Position numbers and translations under genes: made by a program
In this document: positions 19,855 through 30,304 of the stretch, piece by piece
How the letters are laid out: every line of letters starts with the position of its first letter
How positions within the stretch are numbered: the first letter of the stretch is position 1
Assembly (NCBI GenBank): GCA_963805085.1
Contig: CAWDTA010000004.1
Location: 224,001-288,000 of the forward strand
DNA length: 64,000 bases
Source: an uncultured Veillonellaceae bacterium
Lineage (GTDB): Bacteria > Bacillota > Negativicutes > JARBTT01
Direction of reading: 5' to 3'
The notes under the pieces: model-generated
The model's input: the letters and a program-made list of their open reading frames with translations, nothing else
Told to the model about the DNA's origin: nothing
Database searches by the model: none

Positions 19855-20708
19855 ATGCAAATTTTAAGCAAAAACTTCCTATATATTCATTTGGTCGTTT
19901 TATTCTTTGCATTTTCTAGTTTATTTGGTGAGCTAATAACGTTACCAGCTCTTGCCATAATATTGGGTAGAGTCTTTTTTTCTTCGGCATTCCTATTTAT
20001 ATTCTCTCAATATAATAAAGAAACATTACGGTTTTCCAAGCGGATTAATCATGCCTATCTTGCTTTAATGGGGATTATCCTAGTGATTCATTGGGCAACA
20101 TTCTTTCAATCAGTGCAGCTGTCTACAGTCGCCATTGGCCTGCTGACGTTTTCCATCTTTCCTTTACTCGTACCTTATATGGAAAACTTCTTTTTAAAGA
20201 AAAGCTCAAACTCTCTGATATTATCATGGCAAACATCATGTTCTGCGGTATTTTATTGATATTACCAAACTTTGAAATACCCAATGCCACCATCCAAGGA
20301 ATACTTTACGGTTCTATCGCTGGTTTTACTTATGCAAATTTATCCTTGATTAACCGTAAATGTGTAAAAGAGTATTGTAGCCTCGTGATCTCGCTCTATG
20401 AGCAGGCAGTGGCAACGACATTTCTACTACCATTTCTTTTTATTGAAACACCTAAATTTACAATAAATGATATTTTATTACTCATGATTTTAGGTACAAT
20501 TTTGACAGGTATTGCACATGCATTATTTATTCATGGCTGGAAAAGTATTTGCGCTAAAACATCAGGTATGGTCACTTATTTTGAACCCATTTACGGAATC
20601 ATCATTGCTACAATGACGATTCAAGCAATTCCTACTGTTAATGAGATGTTTGGTGCCGTTATCATACTAAGCACTGTACTCTATCATTCCTTTAATCAAA
20701 GAGCTTAA
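19855..20708 (+). pseudogene. EamA/DMT transporter, frameshifted
   Basis: Two overlapping ORFs form one DMT; one extra A in the run at 20183-20186 would restore YMEKLLFKEKLK. Confidence 0.8.
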
Positions 20709-20725
20709 GATTCGTTATTAAACGC

Positions 20726-20765
20726 AAAAATTCCGTAGTGTATGTTCGGCACTACGGAATTTTTT
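20726..20765. terminator. Bidirectional terminator
   Basis: aaaaattccgtagtg / cactacggaattttt. Confidence 0.85.
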
Positions 20766-21072
20766 TATTTAAGCATAAGTCACAAACTAAATTAAAATAA
20801 CAAAATTGTACAAAAAGCCAACACATAGTGTAGGCTCACTTGAATCTTGACTTTTTGTATCTTCGTTGGTGTATTTTATCGAATTATTCGAAACAAACAA
20901 AGCATTAGCAATCATTAATTGCAATTATTTTTTATTAATCAATATTTATAGTTTACCTATTAGGAGTGGTTTTGTCAATAAACAAAAGTGTTTTTTTATG
21001 TATTTTTCTTGAACACTTTACCTATGAAATTTCAATAACTCTTTACTAAACATTACAATGGTAAGAAAAGTA

Positions 21073-21245
21073 AAAAAAAGCTAGCAAATCTGCTAGCTTT
21101 TATTTTGGGTTGTTTTTATGGAAACCTGAGCTACAAATTAAAGCGTACAAGGCAAGTACGCTATGTATTTCAGGAATATCAAAAATTTATTTATTGGATA
21201 TTTAGATTATTATTATTTATTAGCGCCTATCTATTAAATAACTTA
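21073..21245 (-). ncRNA. Candidate structured sRNA
   Basis: TTGACA(21281)-17-TAATCT; nested stems cctga/tcagg and agcgtac/gtacgct; terminator gctagca/tgctagc plus U-run. Confidence 0.35.
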
Positions 21246-21396
21246 TATTAATAGATTAATACTTATATGCAAGTTTGTCAACAACTAATTATAATAATAG
21301 TTAATGGTTTTATCTAGTAGTAATTAGTTTTATTAATTGTAATACTTATACTAAATAAGCTATTTAATAAAAATTATACAACATAAAAAACTATTT

Positions 21397-22806
21397 TTAC
21401 CAAAGTCCAAGTACTTTCCACCATGCACCGCCAATACCTAACCAAATTACTACGTTAAGAGTAGTAAGAATGAAACCAAGTTTCCACCATTCACCTTGTG
21501 TTACATAGCCTGCACCGAATATGATCGGACCTGCAGCGCCACCGAAGTGTGTTAACGGAATCATAATGTTAGATAAAAATGCAAATGCTAAAGCTGCAAG
21601 AAGTGGTGGTGCGCCTGCGGCTACCGAAATTGCAAGGAATGCCGCGTACATTGCACTGATATGTGCTGTAACGCTTGCGAAGCCATAATGCGCATATACA
21701 TAGACAATGATTAATATAGAAAATGCAGCAATCCAAGATAAGCCTGCGGCTGCGATTATTACACCTGCTGATTTAGCAATCCAAGCGATAAAACCTGATT
21801 TTTCAAGAGCAGTTGCCAATGCAATCAGTGCCCCCATCCAGAACATTGTATCCCAAGCGCCTTTTTCTTGGAGAATGTCTTGCCATGTGAGTGCATTAAA
21901 AACAACCATAACACAGACAGCCATCATTGCTACAACAGTTGCATTTATATGTGTAATATCAGAAGTTGCCCAGAGAACCAATGCACCAACGAATACACAA
22001 GCAACAATTTTTTCAATGGTTGTCATCGGTCCCATGATTCCAAGCTCTTTTTCCGCCAAACCTTTTGCATCTGGCATCGCTTTGATTTCCGGTGGATACA
22101 GTTTGTAAAGAACATATGGCATAACTAGAAGCGAAATCACCCCTGGAACAAAAGCCGCAACAGCCCAAGAATTCCAAGTTAATTGCACACCGATTGTTTT
22201 TGCTGCAAGCTCTGCAGAAAGTGGATTACCAGCCATTGCAGTTAAGAACATTGCGCAAGTGATTGCATTTGCATGGTATTCAACCTGCATGATATAAGCA
22301 CCAAACTTACGAGCAGTAGGCCCAGGTTCAGAGCCTAATGCAGATGAAAGACTTTTTATAATCGGGAATATAATCCCACCGGCACGCGCTGCACTGGAAG
22401 GTGTTGCTGGAGAAATAACGAAATCACTCAAGGTGATTGCATAGCCAAGTGTTAAGGAAGATCTACCAATTAATTTAATAATAACGAAAGCAATTCTTCT
22501 ACCAAGACCGCTCTTGATAAAGCCACGAGCAAATAAAAAAGCACAAATGATAAGCCAAATCGTACTATTACCAAAGCCAGCAAGTGCTTCATCTAGCTTC
22601 AATGTATTAGAAAATGCCGAGAAGGTAACAGAAATTAATGCAATTGCTCCGATTGGCAATGGTTGTAAAATAAAGCCTAGAATTGTTGCAGCAAAGATTG
22701 CAAATAAATGCCACGCTGTTACTTTTAACCCTTCTGGCACGGGACAGAACCAAAGGATGATACCAAACGCAAGCACTATTGCTGCATTACGAGTGTTTTT
22801 ATTCAT
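21397..22806 (-). CDS. DASS-family di/tricarboxylate transporter (CitT/TtdT-like)
   Basis: AWHLFAIF, SGLGRRIA, TPSSAARAGG, MFLTAMAGNP, WWKLGF. Confidence 0.93.
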   Translation of the reverse strand: MNKNTRNAAIVLAFGIILWFCPVPEGLKVTAWHLFAIFAATILGFILQPLPIGAIALISVTFSAFSNTLKLDEALAGFGNSTIWLIICAFLFARGFIKSGLGRRIAFVIIKLIGRSSLTLGYAITLSDFVISPATPSSAARAGGIIFPIIKSLSSALGSEPGPTARKFGAYIMQVEYHANAITCAMFLTAMAGNPLSAELAAKTIGVQLTWNSWAVAAFVPGVISLLVMPYVLYKLYPPEIKAMPDAKGLAEKELGIMGPMTTIEKIVACVFVGALVLWATSDITHINATVVAMMAVCVMVVFNALTWQDILQEKGAWDTMFWMGALIALATALEKSGFIAWIAKSAGVIIAAAGLSWIAAFSILIIVYVYAHYGFASVTAHISAMYAAFLAISVAAGAPPLLAALAFAFLSNIMIPLTHFGGAAGPIIFGAGYVTQGEWWKLGFILTTLNVVIWLGIGGAWWKVLGLW

Positions 22807-22928
22807 ACTATTCGCACCTTTCATCTCTGACTACTGAAAGGTGTCAATATTATGCAATAAGCGATGGAGCGAACCCCACCGCCTATTGTAATATAACCTA
22901 ACAGTTGTCTTCCACTGTTTCTTCATTG

Positions 22929-24278
22929 TTATTTTGCGTTGTATTTTTCAAGGACACGATCAGCAAATTGTGGAGCATACCCTATATAGTTATGAGGATC
23001 AATCATCGATGCAATTTCTTCGTCAGTGAAAGCTTCACGGACTTTTGGTTCTGCTTTTAACGCCACATCCATAAATTCTTCTTCTTCGTATGCTTTCATA
23101 CAAGTTCTGTAAACAATATCATGCGCAGTCATACGACCTAATTTAGGTGCTAAGTGCATCATTACGCATTCGCTCATCATGATACCTCTTAATTTATTTA
23201 AGTTATTTTCCATGTGTTTAGGGTAAACGATTAAGTTTTCTAATACATCCATAGATTTTTCAAGAGCAGCACCTAATAAGTGACAAGCACGAGGAATCGC
23301 TTCCCATTCACTAATGAAACAGCCCCAATCACGTTCATTTTCACTTACCATTGATTCAACAACAGCAGGAGCAATGCTTCTTACATTACGGCAAAGAGCG
23401 ATAATATTTTCAACAACTTGAGGATTGCGTTTATGAGGCATTGTGGAGGAACCAACTTTCCCCATGAAAAACGGTTCTTCTAATTCAATAATTTCAGTTC
23501 TTTGTAACGAAAGAATCTCACTTGCAATTTTACCGATTGTACCAGCGACGATTGCAAGTGTGCTAGCAAATTCAGCTTGGTTATCACGTGCTACATGCCA
23601 AGAAATAGTTGGAACGTTTAATTCTAGTATTTCCATCATTCTAGCTTGAACTTCAAGACCTTTTTCAGGATGAGATGCTAAAGTGCCAACAGCACCAGAC
23701 ATTTGACCAACAAATACTCTATCTTTCATCGCTTCCATACGTTCGATGTTTCTACCAATTTCATCAGCCCATATAGCAACTTTGTAGCCAAGAGTGATCG
23801 GTAATGCATGGATTACATGCGTACGACCACACATGATTGTATCTCTGTGCTCTTTCACTAATTTAAGCACTGATTTTTGACAAATTTTCAATTGATCAAG
23901 TACTATATAATATGCATCTCTCATTTGAAGAACAAGACCAGTATCTACAATATCTTGGCTAGTTGCGCCCCAGTGAACATATTCACCTGCATTATCATCT
24001 AAGACAACTTTAAAAGCTTTCAATAAAGGAACGATTGTTATTGAACTTTTATAATATTCACCGATTTGTGGTATATCTAGCAATTCAGCGTTTGCTTTTT
24101 TATTGATTTCGTCAGCTTTTGCTTTCGGAATAATCCCTAGTTCTCCTTGCGCTTTTGCAAGTGCTGCTTCTGTATCTAACCATTTTTGAGCGACATTTTT
24201 ATCACTAAAAACCTCTCTCATTTTTTCTGTACTAAATAAACAACCAAAAATTTCACTGTCGATAGCTGTTGATGCCAT
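22929..24278 (-). CDS. Fumarase/aspartase-superfamily lyase (adenylosuccinate-lyase-like)
   Basis: VHWGATSQDIVD, GRTH, GSSTMPHKRNP. Confidence 0.9.
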   Translation of the reverse strand: MASTAIDSEIFGCLFSTEKMREVFSDKNVAQKWLDTEAALAKAQGELGIIPKAKADEINKKANAELLDIPQIGEYYKSSITIVPLLKAFKVVLDDNAGEYVHWGATSQDIVDTGLVLQMRDAYYIVLDQLKICQKSVLKLVKEHRDTIMCGRTHVIHALPITLGYKVAIWADEIGRNIERMEAMKDRVFVGQMSGAVGTLASHPEKGLEVQARMMEILELNVPTISWHVARDNQAEFASTLAIVAGTIGKIASEILSLQRTEIIELEEPFFMGKVGSSTMPHKRNPQVVENIIALCRNVRSIAPAVVESMVSENERDWGCFISEWEAIPRACHLLGAALEKSMDVLENLIVYPKHMENNLNKLRGIMMSECVMMHLAPKLGRMTAHDIVYRTCMKAYEEEEFMDVALKAEPKVREAFTDEEIASMIDPHNYIGYAPQFADRVLEKYNAK

Positions 24279-24653
24279 AAAAAAAAATCCCCTCTCAATG
24301 TGAATATTCTTATTATTTTAACTACTCGGATGTGCGCACATCCGAGTTAAGGATTAACCTTGCCCTTATACTATCATAGGTAAAATTAATAGTTAAATAT
24401 CTATAGGTTATTATTTAATAAGTTAACCTTATTTACATATAAATACAGCTTTTAGTAGTGTTATTAGGCACTTTCAATAAGTTCTATTTATTAATCATCT
24501 ATATTGGTATAGACACTTATGTTATTTATAATTTTAACTTATCTTTTAATAACTTTTCACTATCTACCATTCATATTTGGCATAGTAAACGAATGACTTT
24601 CTATGCTACACTTTGAGTATGGATTATATTATAAACAGTAGGAGTTGCACATA

Positions 24654-25526
24654 ATGGAATTAAGACAACTAGAATACTTTCTTATGGTAAGCAAAGTAAA
24701 CAGTTTTACGCGAGCAGCCGAACGATTATACGTTTCGCAACCAGCCGTTACGAATGCAATTCGCAGTCTCGAAGAAGAACTTGGTATTCAATTATTTGAC
24801 CGTAGCCAAAAGCAAGCATTATTAACTACAGAAGGACAAGTATTTTACAATCACGTTGAGAATGTAATGCATGGTGTCTCCAAAACCATATCGGAGATTA
24901 ATGAACTGAAAAATTTAAATACTGGAATTCTAAAGCTTGGTATTACACCATTAGCAGGCGTTACGCCAATTCCGCAACTACTTGCGAAATTTAGAAGAAC
25001 ATATCCAAATATCCAAATATCTTTTATAGAAGAAAATGTATCTGTTATTCAAAAATCACTGATTGAGGATAAAGTTGATTTAGGCATAATTATAAATGGT
25101 GAAACTAGCAGCCTCCTAGAAACTTCTATATTAGGTACAGACGAATTGGTAGTGTGTTGTTCAAAAAATCATAGATTTAGCAACCTTACATCCATTGATT
25201 TATCTGAATTAGTCGAAGAACCGCTTATCTTACTCAGTCATGGTTGCTTACTTCGAAAGCTAATCATCACTGAATTTGAGCGTATCAATACGTTGCCACA
25301 AATAACATTTGAATCAAATCATATTCAAACAATAAAAAGTTTAGTTGCTTGTGATATCGGGCTATCCGTTATTCCTCGTGACTTATGTGAAAAAGATTCT
25401 AATCTGATTGCTATCCCTTTAAAAGAGCCTATATATATTACAATTTCTATTGCTCAAAAGAAAAATAAATATCTCTCCCATGCAGCTCAAGCAATGTTGC
25501 ATTTAATTTCTAATATCAATCAATAA
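24654..25526 (+). CDS. LysR-family regulator, divergent from lyase
   Basis: SFTRAAERLYVSQPAVT..LEEELGIQLFDR. Confidence 0.95.
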   Translation: MELRQLEYFLMVSKVNSFTRAAERLYVSQPAVTNAIRSLEEELGIQLFDRSQKQALLTTEGQVFYNHVENVMHGVSKTISEINELKNLNTGILKLGITPLAGVTPIPQLLAKFRRTYPNIQISFIEENVSVIQKSLIEDKVDLGIIINGETSSLLETSILGTDELVVCCSKNHRFSNLTSIDLSELVEEPLILLSHGCLLRKLIITEFERINTLPQITFESNHIQTIKSLVACDIGLSVIPRDLCEKDSNLIAIPLKEPIYITISIAQKKNKYLSHAAQAMLHLISNINQ

Positions 25527-25661
25527 ATCACTTGAACAATATATCAGTTATATAATTGATTGCAAAAATTAAACATCAAATTTATTATGATTAGAATGAT
25601 TCAATCGATATGAACTTTACGAATCAATATCGATTTGAAATACGAAAGGAACTTAACAATC

Positions 25662-26573
25662 ATGAATCTAAAAATTGCAGCAGTCGGCAGTAGTCCGCTG
25701 ATCGCAGGAGAAATTCTCGATGCCACTAAGTTCATTATTGGCGATGAAATTAATATCAAGACTTATTCGACCTATGAAATACAAGATGATACCGTAGCAG
25801 ATATCTATATATGCGCAAAATCGCAATTGAACTCATTAAAAAAAGTAATTTCATCTAACAAAATCGTACTTTTAGAATTAATTCCAACCTCAAAGTTTTT
25901 TATAGCCGTTGCTCGGATTCCACAAGGTGAAACAATCTACATATTTAATAATCAATTGGAATACACAACAACACTTGGCAACTATTGCGAAAACCTTGGT
26001 ATTAATGGTGTACATTTCTTACCAATTGCTTATGAAGAGATGCCTAATGAAGAAGTATTTGCTCGATTAAAAGAAGCACACTATATTATTGGTGTTGATA
26101 AATTTGTCGGTAATAAAGTATTAAAATCAGCAAAATACGCCCCTTATCTCCGTGATGATGTAAACATTATAGAAGGTACACGCGTTGCATCCGTTCATTC
26201 TGCTTGTGCACTATTACAATGTCTTGCAACCAACTTCCACAGATCTATTGAAAATAGCGTATCCGCTATTACTACAAAACTAAAAAATCCCCCTACCCAT
26301 TCCAAGCAGGAAATCGACAGGATTCATAATGAAGTTACTAAACTAGTATTTTATAGTAATAAAGTTATGGATATCATTCAAAATGCCGTAATAAAATCTG
26401 TAGTTAATCACATTTCACCAGATATTGCCATTTTTGATAAAACAGCCGAAGAATATCCAACCTTCAACACGCAACACACTACAAATCACCCAATTTGTAA
26501 TTCCTTAGAATCCATAACTAATCTAAATAATACCCTTCTCCTAATTGCAAAAAAATTAGCAAAATTAAATTAA
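25662..26573 (+). CDS. Hypothetical protein
   Basis: Long ORF with RBS AAAGGA; no recognised motif. Confidence 0.7.
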   Translation: MNLKIAAVGSSPLIAGEILDATKFIIGDEINIKTYSTYEIQDDTVADIYICAKSQLNSLKKVISSNKIVLLELIPTSKFFIAVARIPQGETIYIFNNQLEYTTTLGNYCENLGINGVHFLPIAYEEMPNEEVFARLKEAHYIIGVDKFVGNKVLKSAKYAPYLRDDVNIIEGTRVASVHSACALLQCLATNFHRSIENSVSAITTKLKNPPTHSKQEIDRIHNEVTKLVFYSNKVMDIIQNAVIKSVVNHISPDIAIFDKTAEEYPTFNTQHTTNHPICNSLESITNLNNTLLLIAKKLAKLN

Positions 26574-26577
26574 TCTA

Positions 26578-26616
26578 CAAAAAAATCCGCTTTGCAAATT
26601 TACAAAGCGGATTTTT
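26578..26616. terminator. Bidirectional terminator
   Basis: aaaaatccgctttg / caaagcggattttt. Confidence 0.8.
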
Positions 26617-26647
26617 CAACTCTATATTTTTTTATTGGCTTACAATA

Positions 26648-27343
26648 TTAAAGATATACATTCATTAAATTAAAACACAATGTAACGACTTGTGGTGCAA
26701 TAAAGGTCGTTACAATTCCCATGAAAATCATAGCTAGACTGGCAATTACGCCTTCTACATTACCTAATTCATAGGCTTTAGCAGTTCCCGTTCCATGTGC
26801 TGAAACACCATAAAGCATACCTTTGGTTACAGGACTTTTAATTGGTATATATTTCAGCATTATTGTGGTAACAATCGTACCAATCAGTGCTGTGCAAATC
26901 ACAAATACCGCGGTAATCGATGGATTCCCACCGAGAATTTTAGAAACACTCATTGCAAGCGGTGTTGTAATCGAACGCGGTGCAAGACTAGCAACAAGTT
27001 CAGAATTGATTCCTAAAAAGCTTGCAATCACCATGGAAGTAACAATCGCGACAATTGCTCCACCAGTAACGCTAACCGTAAGTTCCATCAGATATTTCTT
27101 TACTGTTTTACGATACTTATACATAGGGACTGCCAATGCAACGGTTGCCGGTTGTAGCATCAGCGTCAGCCAATGACCACCTTGATCATAGGATTCATAA
27201 GGAACATGAAAGCTTAATAATAAAGCTATAATAGCAATTGGACAAACAATCAACGGTGAAAAGAGCATATTATGGCTTTTTTGATATACTTTCTTAGCCA
27301 TAAAATAAATTGTCAAAGTCAATACTAGATAAAAGAGCATCAT
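26648..27343 (-). CDS. lrgB: LrgB/CidB family membrane protein
   Basis: LQPATVALAVPMY, SLAPRSITTPLA, SAHGTGTAKA. Confidence 0.9.
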   Translation of the reverse strand: MMLFYLVLTLTIYFMAKKVYQKSHNMLFSPLIVCPIAIIALLLSFHVPYESYDQGGHWLTLMLQPATVALAVPMYKYRKTVKKYLMELTVSVTGGAIVAIVTSMVIASFLGINSELVASLAPRSITTPLAMSVSKILGGNPSITAVFVICTALIGTIVTTIMLKYIPIKSPVTKGMLYGVSAHGTGTAKAYELGNVEGVIASLAMIFMGIVTTFIAPQVVTLCFNLMNVYL

Positions 27344-27711
27344 GATGCATTCCTGCTTTCGCGAAACCGAACGATAAATTCGGTAACAATACCGACAAAT
27401 ACTACAACCAAACAAATGCTAGCACCAATGACAAATAACAGTTGTGCCCAATCATTCTTTAATGCATCTTGGAATTGAATAACACCAATGGCTGATGGAA
27501 TGAAAAATAAAAGCATTTCGGCAATCAAAAAGTTTGCCCCTAATTCAATTTTTTCCAATGGCAGCCACTTTTGTTTAATAACAACAAATAACAATAATAT
27601 CCCTAAAATACTGCCCGGAATCCCAATATTTAAAGCACTAGATAGCACATTACCAGCAAAACTAATTGCACATAGACCTAAAATTTGAATTAAAATACTT
27701 ACGATTTTCAT
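27340..27711 (-). CDS. cidA: CidA/LrgA family protein
   Basis: IPGSILGILLLF, GANFLIAEMLLFFIPSAIG. Confidence 0.88.
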   Translation of the reverse strand: MKIVSILIQILGLCAISFAGNVLSSALNIGIPGSILGILLLFVVIKQKWLPLEKIELGANFLIAEMLLFFIPSAIGVIQFQDALKNDWAQLLFVIGASICLVVVFVGIVTEFIVRFRESRNAS

Positions 27712-27953
27712 TTTTATCATCCTTCGCTCTGCTCACATTTACAAGTTAACACTTTTTAAAGTTATATTTCATGTAGTTATCGTCGAACATCAATTATTTT
27801 TATTAATAATATCATTGCTTTTGATATTAATAATTTATTTATCATCTTTATGTTTCATAGTTTACTACAATTAGCAGGAATAATAAAATACTTGTTATAT
27901 ATATATAGTATGCGTTTAAGTTATATCAAATTTTAAAATGAGGTGTTCAAAAA

Positions 27954-28853
27954 ATGGATATTTTACATTTAACCTATTTTATCGAAGTGGCTAGGCGAAA
28001 AAGTTTTACGAAGGCCTCACAATTATTGCACGTCAGTCAACCTTCTATTAGCAAAGTAATTAAAACACTTGAAAACGAATTGGGTGTAACATTATTTGAA
28101 CGCCTTGGCCGTGAAATAGAACTTACCGATATTGGTCATGCTGTATTTAAACGTGCCCAAAGTGTCGTTAGTGAATTCCATGATTTATCTAACGAAATTC
28201 ACGATGTTGTTAGCATTAAACATGGTGAAATTACTATTGGACTACCACCAATGGTAGGTTCACGTTTTTTTCCTAGCATTATTGGTAAGTTTAAAAAAAC
28301 ATATCCGCAAGTAATGCTAAAGTTGATTGAAGTGGGGTCCAAGCAAGTGGAGCTAGATGTGAAAAATGGTCTACTTGATATTGGTGTAATCGCACTACCA
28401 CTGACAGAAAGTGATATTGAAAGTTTTACTTTTGTAAAGGAAGAATTAAAAGTTGTGCTACGCCGAGATCATCCGCTGGCAAATTCTGAGAAGTTAAGCT
28501 TAGATAAATTGCGTGATGAAGATTTCATTCTTTATAGTAATGATTTTTCCCTTAATGGTCTTATCTATAAAGAATGCCAAAAAAACAACTTTTCTCCGAC
28601 TATTGTCTGCCAAAGTTCTCAGTGGGATTTTATCGCGGAAACTGTCGATGCCGGCTTGGGTATCGCCTTACTTCCTGAAACTATTTGTAAAGAACTTGAC
28701 CCGAAACGGTTACTTAGTATCCCACTTTACAATGCTTTAATTCCTTGGAATTTGGCCATTATCTGGAAAAAAAATAAATACCAATCATTTGCTACCCGCG
28801 AGTGGCTAAAACTCTGCAAAAAGAATTTTAAACCTCAATACACAGAACTATAA
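27954..28853 (+). CDS. LysR-family regulator (CidR-like)
   Basis: LysR HTH; SSQWDFI; divergent from cidA-lrgB. Confidence 0.9.
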   Translation: MDILHLTYFIEVARRKSFTKASQLLHVSQPSISKVIKTLENELGVTLFERLGREIELTDIGHAVFKRAQSVVSEFHDLSNEIHDVVSIKHGEITIGLPPMVGSRFFPSIIGKFKKTYPQVMLKLIEVGSKQVELDVKNGLLDIGVIALPLTESDIESFTFVKEELKVVLRRDHPLANSEKLSLDKLRDEDFILYSNDFSLNGLIYKECQKNNFSPTIVCQSSQWDFIAETVDAGLGIALLPETICKELDPKRLLSIPLYNALIPWNLAIIWKKNKYQSFATREWLKLCKKNFKPQYTEL

Positions 28854-28854
28854 A

Positions 28855-28896
28855 AAAAAATGTCTGTTGTAAATCATTCTTACAACAGACATTTTT
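28855..28896. terminator. Terminator
   Basis: aaaaatgtctgttgtaa / ttacaacagacattttt. Confidence 0.8.
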
Positions 28897-29025
28897 AATC
28901 GGAATAAAGAAAAAAAGCATTTTTATTTTTATGCTTTACCTCATTATAAATAAAGTTTAAGCTAAAAAACTCTAACCGAAAGAGCTACCCTAACCTTGAT
29001 ATGTAGTCCTTTTGATTTGATGAAA

Positions 29026-29928
29026 CTATTGATGTATAAATTCTTGAAATGCCGGTGATTTTGTATACTCTTTAATAAAACTTACAAAATTTTGTCCAGC
29101 CTGGGATAAGCATTTATTACTACTCCATATAAGTAAAATACTCACAATCATTGCTGGCACAATTGGCACTACAGAAAAACTAGTTTCACCATGCGTTACC
29201 AAATTAGGCAATACAGAAATTCCTGACTTATTAGCTACCAGTTGCTTAATCGTTTTCAGTTGTGCCGTACAAAGCACTGTATCTGGGTAGAAGCCATTTT
29301 CCGCACAACGTGCATAAATTTCTTTATACTGATGCGTATTGGGATGTTGTAAAACAAATTTTTCATTTTTGAGCTCGCTAAAATGAACTGACGTTTTATT
29401 TCTAAGTGAATGCTCATTATTAACACACAAACACATGTGATCTTGCATGATGAGTTGACTATTTTTCATGCTCTTATCGTCACCTAAGATAATTCCCAAA
29501 TCAAGCTCGCCCTCTTCTAGCTTCGTTTGTACTTTTATTGATGAAACGTATTCCATAATACGTAATTCAATATTAGGATATAGCATTTTGAACTTAGCAA
29601 AAATGTCTGGAAATAGATACCCTTCAATCATCGGTGGAATTCCAAGTTTTAGCTCACCTTGTTCATTCTTTTGAAACTTGCGCATATGATGAATAGCATC
29701 TTCTACTGCACAAACAATTTTTTCTGCATGCACTAAAAATGCCTGACCTTCCGGTGTTAGTACGATATGTTTTTGACTACGATCGATTAGTATTACCTTA
29801 AGTTCCGCTTCCAATGTTTTAATCGCCTTGGTTACTGATGGCTGCGACACATGTAACAACTCTGCAGCCCGTGTAAAATTTTCAAGTTTACTAATCATAC
29901 AAAAATATTCAAGTTGTCGAAATTCCAT
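29026..29928 (-). CDS. LysR-family regulator, divergent from malic enzyme
   Basis: NFTRAAELLHVSQPSVT..LEAEL. Confidence 0.93.
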   Translation of the reverse strand: MEFRQLEYFCMISKLENFTRAAELLHVSQPSVTKAIKTLEAELKVILIDRSQKHIVLTPEGQAFLVHAEKIVCAVEDAIHHMRKFQKNEQGELKLGIPPMIEGYLFPDIFAKFKMLYPNIELRIMEYVSSIKVQTKLEEGELDLGIILGDDKSMKNSQLIMQDHMCLCVNNEHSLRNKTSVHFSELKNEKFVLQHPNTHQYKEIYARCAENGFYPDTVLCTAQLKTIKQLVANKSGISVLPNLVTHGETSFSVVPIVPAMIVSILLIWSSNKCLSQAGQNFVSFIKEYTKSPAFQEFIHQ

Positions 29929-30304
29929 TGTTCCACCTTCTCATGAATCCAGAAATATATAACCTTAGTAATCGTTTTTTATACTAAAAGACGATTACTA
30001 ATAATCATTGATTTTATTGTAACATTATTGGATATACTCTACTACTAAAATTTACAAACGATTCAATATTTGCTTCTACTATATGATAGGTATAAGAGCT
30101 AGTATAAAAATTACCAAAATCATTTAGTGACTCATCATTATTTTTTCATTTTTGGGAAACATAAAAACTGTCATCATCAAAAAAATATTCAAAAACTATA
30201 ACATATATTTGATGCACTGTATAAATATATGTTATAGTTCATGTAATGAATCATAATTATCAGAAGATTCATTAAAGTATTTTTTATATAAGGAGATAAC
30301 AATT

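Noticed and set aside
22929-24278. Gene symbol purB
   Set aside because: Superfamily motif only; transporter/LysR context argues for another substrate
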